Below are positions 60,701 to 64,000 of a stretch of DNA of 64,000 nt, one piece after another. Origin of the DNA: Pristiophorus japonicus (taxonomy: Eukaryota); assembly GCF_044704955.1 (NCBI RefSeq), contig NC_091992.1:122946001-123010000 (forward strand), read 5' to 3'. Made by a program: the position numbers and the translations under genes. The notes beneath the pieces were generated by a model. The model had not been told where the DNA came from. It did not search any database and saw nothing but the letters and a program-made list of their open reading frames with translations. Numbering within the stretch: position 1 is the stretch's first letter; each line of letters begins with the position of its first letter.

Positions 60701-62890
60701 ACATCCCTTTTGGCCGACAACAAGGCCATAAATGCAAATGCGTCGGCCCGCATACAGAGGTGGGCACTCACGTTGGCCGCCTATGACTATACAATTCGGC
60801 ACAGACCGGGCACTGAAAACTGCACCGATGCACTCAACAGGCTCCCACTAGCCACCACCAAGGGGGCAACCGAGCATTCTGCTGAGATGGTCGTGACTGT
60901 GGAAGCTTTCGAAAGCGAAGGCTCACCCGTGACAGCCCGTCAGATCAAAGTCTGGACAAATAGAGACCCGCTACTGTCTTTAGTCAAGAAATGTGTCCTG
61001 CAATGGGGACTGGGCAGCCACGTACGGGGCATGCCCTGAGGAATTTAAACCATTTCACAACTCTCGATTCAGGCCGATTGCCTACTATGGGGTAACCGAG
61101 TAGTCATGCCCCAGATGGGCAGAGAGGCGTTCATCCGAGAACTCCACAATGAGCACCCGGGCATTGTCATGATGAAGGCAATTGCCAAGTCACATGTTTG
61201 GTGGCCAGGGATAGATACAGGTGCAACACATGTGCCTAGCTGGGCATTGTGCCCAGGGAACCCCCCCTTAGCCCCTGGTCCTGGCCCGCCAAGCCATGGT
61301 CACGCATCCATGTGGACTACGCAGGTCCTTTCATGGGAAAAATGTTTTTGGTTGTAGTAGACGCCTCCTCCAAATGGATCGAGTGTGACATTCTCAATTC
61401 AAGCACATCCTCTGCCACGGTAGAAAGTCTATGGGCAATGTTCGCCGCCCATGGTCTACCGGACGTCTTGGTCAGCGACAATGGCCCGTGTTTTACAAGC
61501 ATTGAATTCCAGGACTTCATGGCAGGAAATGGTATCAACCATGTCAGAACGGCACCGTTCAAGCCGGCCTCAAACAGCCAGGCGGAACGAGCAGTGCAGA
61601 TAATCAAACAGGGGATGCTCAGAATCCAAGGGGGTACCCTACAAAGCCACTTATCACGCCTCCTGTTGGCCAATAGATCCCGATCACACTCGCTCACAGG
61701 GGTTCCACCCGCAGAGCTGCTAATGAAAAGGACCTCAAAACCAGGTTATCCCTTATACACCCCACCATGAAAGAAATTGTTGAGAGCAGGCCGGTTACAA
61801 TGTGACTACCATGACGGGAATGCGAGGGCGCGATGTATTGATGTAAATGACCCTGTCTTTGTCCTCAACTACGCTGCAGGGTCCAAATGGCTGCAGGCAC
61901 TGTGATTGCCAAAGAGGGGAATAGGGTTTTGGTAGTTAAACTTATCAATGGACAAATCTGCCGCAAACACGTGGATCAAACTAAAAGGAGGTTCAGCAAC
62001 CCCATAGAAGAAGCAGAGGAAGAACACGACATAGAGTTCACTCCACCACAGGTGACCGAACACCAGAACCAAGTGGAGGAGAGCCCAGTCACTGTGGGCA
62101 GTCCGGACAGGCCTGAGGCACCGCAAACAGCAGACACTCAGGCCAGTGCCCAACAACCGGAGCCCCAACTCAGGCGCTCTACAAGGGAGCGCAAACCACC
62201 AGAGAGACTTAACCTGTGATCCCAATAAGACTTTGGGGGGGAGGTGATGTCATGTATTCTACTGTCATTGTAATCCATGTATAAACTGACCTAAGTTGTA
62301 CACCGTGAGAACACTGACCACTAGGTGGTGAACTTGTGGGAGACACTCCTAACCTGGACTTTCAGGTATAAAAGGGGAAGCTCCACCCATCTTTTCCACT
62401 TCAGTGCTGGCTGATAAAGGTTACTGGTCACAGAGTGACCTTCTCTCTAGTATGGGCCTCGTGCATTTGTACTGTATAGTCAGGACATATTAGAATTACT
62501 TTTTTTGAAGTGTAGTTACCTGTTATAATGTGGGAAATGCGGCAGCCAATTTGCACACAGCAAGCTCCCACAAACAGCAACGTGATAATGACCAGGTAAT
62601 CGATTTTGGTGATGTTGGTTGAGGGATAAATATTGGCCAGGACACTGGGGATAACTCCCCTGCTTGTCTTCAAAATAGTGCCAGGGAATCTTTCACATCC
62701 ACCTGAGAGAGCAGACAGGACCTCGGTTTAACGTCTCATTTGAAAGACAGCACCTCCGACAGTGCAGCACTCCCTCAGCACTGCACTGGGAGTGTCAGCC
62801 TAGATTTATGCGCTCAAGTTCCTGGAGTGGGACTTGAACACACAACCTTCTGACTCAGAGGCGAGAGTGCAACCCACTGAGCCATGGCTG
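57730..62890 (-). mobile_element. Full-length Deu-domain SINE split by the Gypsy element (62493-62890 plus 57730-57801)
   Basis: tRNA head, Deu core and L2-like tail rejoin across the insertion; compare the uninterrupted tail at 51413-51550. Confidence 0.8.
57802..62492 (+). mobile_element. Full-length, decayed Gypsy (Mag-like) LTR retrotransposon, second family
   Basis: LTRs 57802-58048 and 62248-62492, PBS TGGCGACGAG at 58050, PPT, TSD TAAGT/GAATT (each one change from host GAAGT). Gag, protease, RT (FQDD), RNase H and integrase with disablements. Confidence 0.97.
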
Positions 62891-63165
62891 ACACTTTTTC
62901 AAAGTGTTCAAAGAAAGCACCCAGTTTTTGTACTGTCCCGACGATTTATCACCTGGGTTGCCGACAGCAATGTCCAGAAGATTAATCCTCAACTCCTGGA
63001 GACTCCAGGTCTGTCCTGGAGGGTTGCCAACCCCGAGCACTGTGAGTACGGCCAGAACCATCGAGAGTCGGGGTCCCGCTGGCCTTTTACACGGTCCATT
63101 CCATTCGATGCTGTGCGACCACTCATTGTTGGATGCTGAAAGAAGCGACACTCACTGCCTGCGGG

Positions 63166-63295
63166 CAATGTTCCCTCCAACTTTTTATTGGGCCGCGCGG
63201 CTCAATCTGAATTCTGCGCATGCGCGTTTTTTCCCATTTAAAAGCCGGTGAGCTGGCAGCGCGGGAGCTCCAGAGGGAGCTTAAAGGGAGCATTG
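63166..63295. mobile_element. hAT-like MITE, related to 19376-19492 in opposite orientation
   Basis: TIRs CAATGTTCCCT / AGGGAGCATTG; 8-bp TSD CCTGCGGG/TCTGCGTG. Confidence 0.7.
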
Positions 63296-63354
63296 TCTGC
63301 GTGTACTCTTCATCCTCCTGTACGTCACCGCTCCCCTCTCTGTTCATCTTACAG

Positions 63355-63492
63355 GTCCGTGGTCTGGCCGACACATACAAGCTGCCTGTCCACATGGACG
63401 GAGCCCGACTGATGAACGCGGCTGTTGCCTTGGGCGTTAACGCCTCGGAGATCCTGCAACTCTGTGACTCTGTGTCCGTGTGCCTATCCAAG
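63355..63492 (+). CDS. THA1: L-threonine aldolase internal exon, VRGLADTYKLPVHMDGARLMNAAVALG...CDSVSVCLSK
   Basis: Acceptor ctctctgttcatcttacag, donor gtatga, 138 nt, phase 0-0. Contains HMDGARL and the PLP-binding Lys (CLSK, normally followed by GLGAP in the next exon, which is not in the window). Confidence 0.96.
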
Positions 63493-63683
63493 GTATGAGT
63501 CGTGTAACTGGGAGAGGGGACACCCTGCGGGAGTCTGGGTAGGAAGAAGTCCAGTCCAGGTAGCTGTGTGGGTCAGTGGGTTTGGAACTGATGTCGGGGG
63601 GTGGGGGGGGGCAGCCTATCTCCAGGGATAAAGACAGAGAAGGTTCAGGAAGTGTCTGGCAAGCGAGAGAATGTGTGGCTGAT

Positions 63684-63967
63684 TGTTCCCAGTCTCTAAC
63701 CCCTGGGTGCTGTGTGAGTGTTCCCAGTCTCTAACCCCTGGGTGCTGTGTGAGTGTTCCCAGTCTCTTAACCCCTGGATGCTGTGTGTGTGTTTCCAGTC
63801 TCTAACACCCTTGGGTGCTGTGTGAGTGTTCTCAGTCCCCAACACCCTTGGGTGCTGTGTGAGTGTTCCCAGTCTCTAACCCTTGGGTGCTGTATGTGAG
63901 TGTTCCCAGTCACTAACACCCTGGGTGCTGTGTGTGAGTGTTCCCAGTCACTAACACCCCTGGGTGC
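63684..63967. repeat. Minisatellite, about 8 copies of a 35-38 bp unit
   Basis: Unit tgttcccagtctctaacccctgggtgctgtgtgag. Confidence 0.93.
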
Positions 63968-64000
63968 CCTGATGGCACCTCTCACTTTCAGCCCTGACTT

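Noticed and set aside
63684-63967. Regular 35-38 bp repeats resembling a CRISPR array
   Set aside because: Units are contiguous with no unique spacers, in a eukaryotic intron with no cas genes; it is a minisatellite.

Overview
Eukaryotic, repeat-dense vertebrate DNA. The CR1, L2 and RTE LINEs, Deu-domain tRNA SINEs and Penelope-like repeats suggest a cartilaginous fish (shark); this is an inference. The only host gene I can support is a PLP-dependent low-specificity L-threonine aldolase (THA1/GLY1 family) on the + strand. Four internal exons (19684-19767, 48088-48176, 55254-55439, 63355-63492) splice in frame with GT-AG ends; its first and last exons were not found here. The rest is mostly nested transposons: about ten long CR1 copies, three Mag-type Gypsy LTR elements plus a solo LTR, a full-length decayed Tigger/pogo element with a matching MITE, hAT- and Harbinger-like MITEs, RTE and L2 3' fragments, SINEs and a decayed Penelope-like element. 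I see no convincing wholly new biological system. The best leads are: CTCF-like motifs at the same position in four different LTR families; a non-autonomous Gypsy whose pol keeps its frame after losing the RT core; a template-switch inversion at an RT active site; TG...TA LTR ends; and a telomere-like array inside a Penelope RT. All alignments and counts were done by eye.
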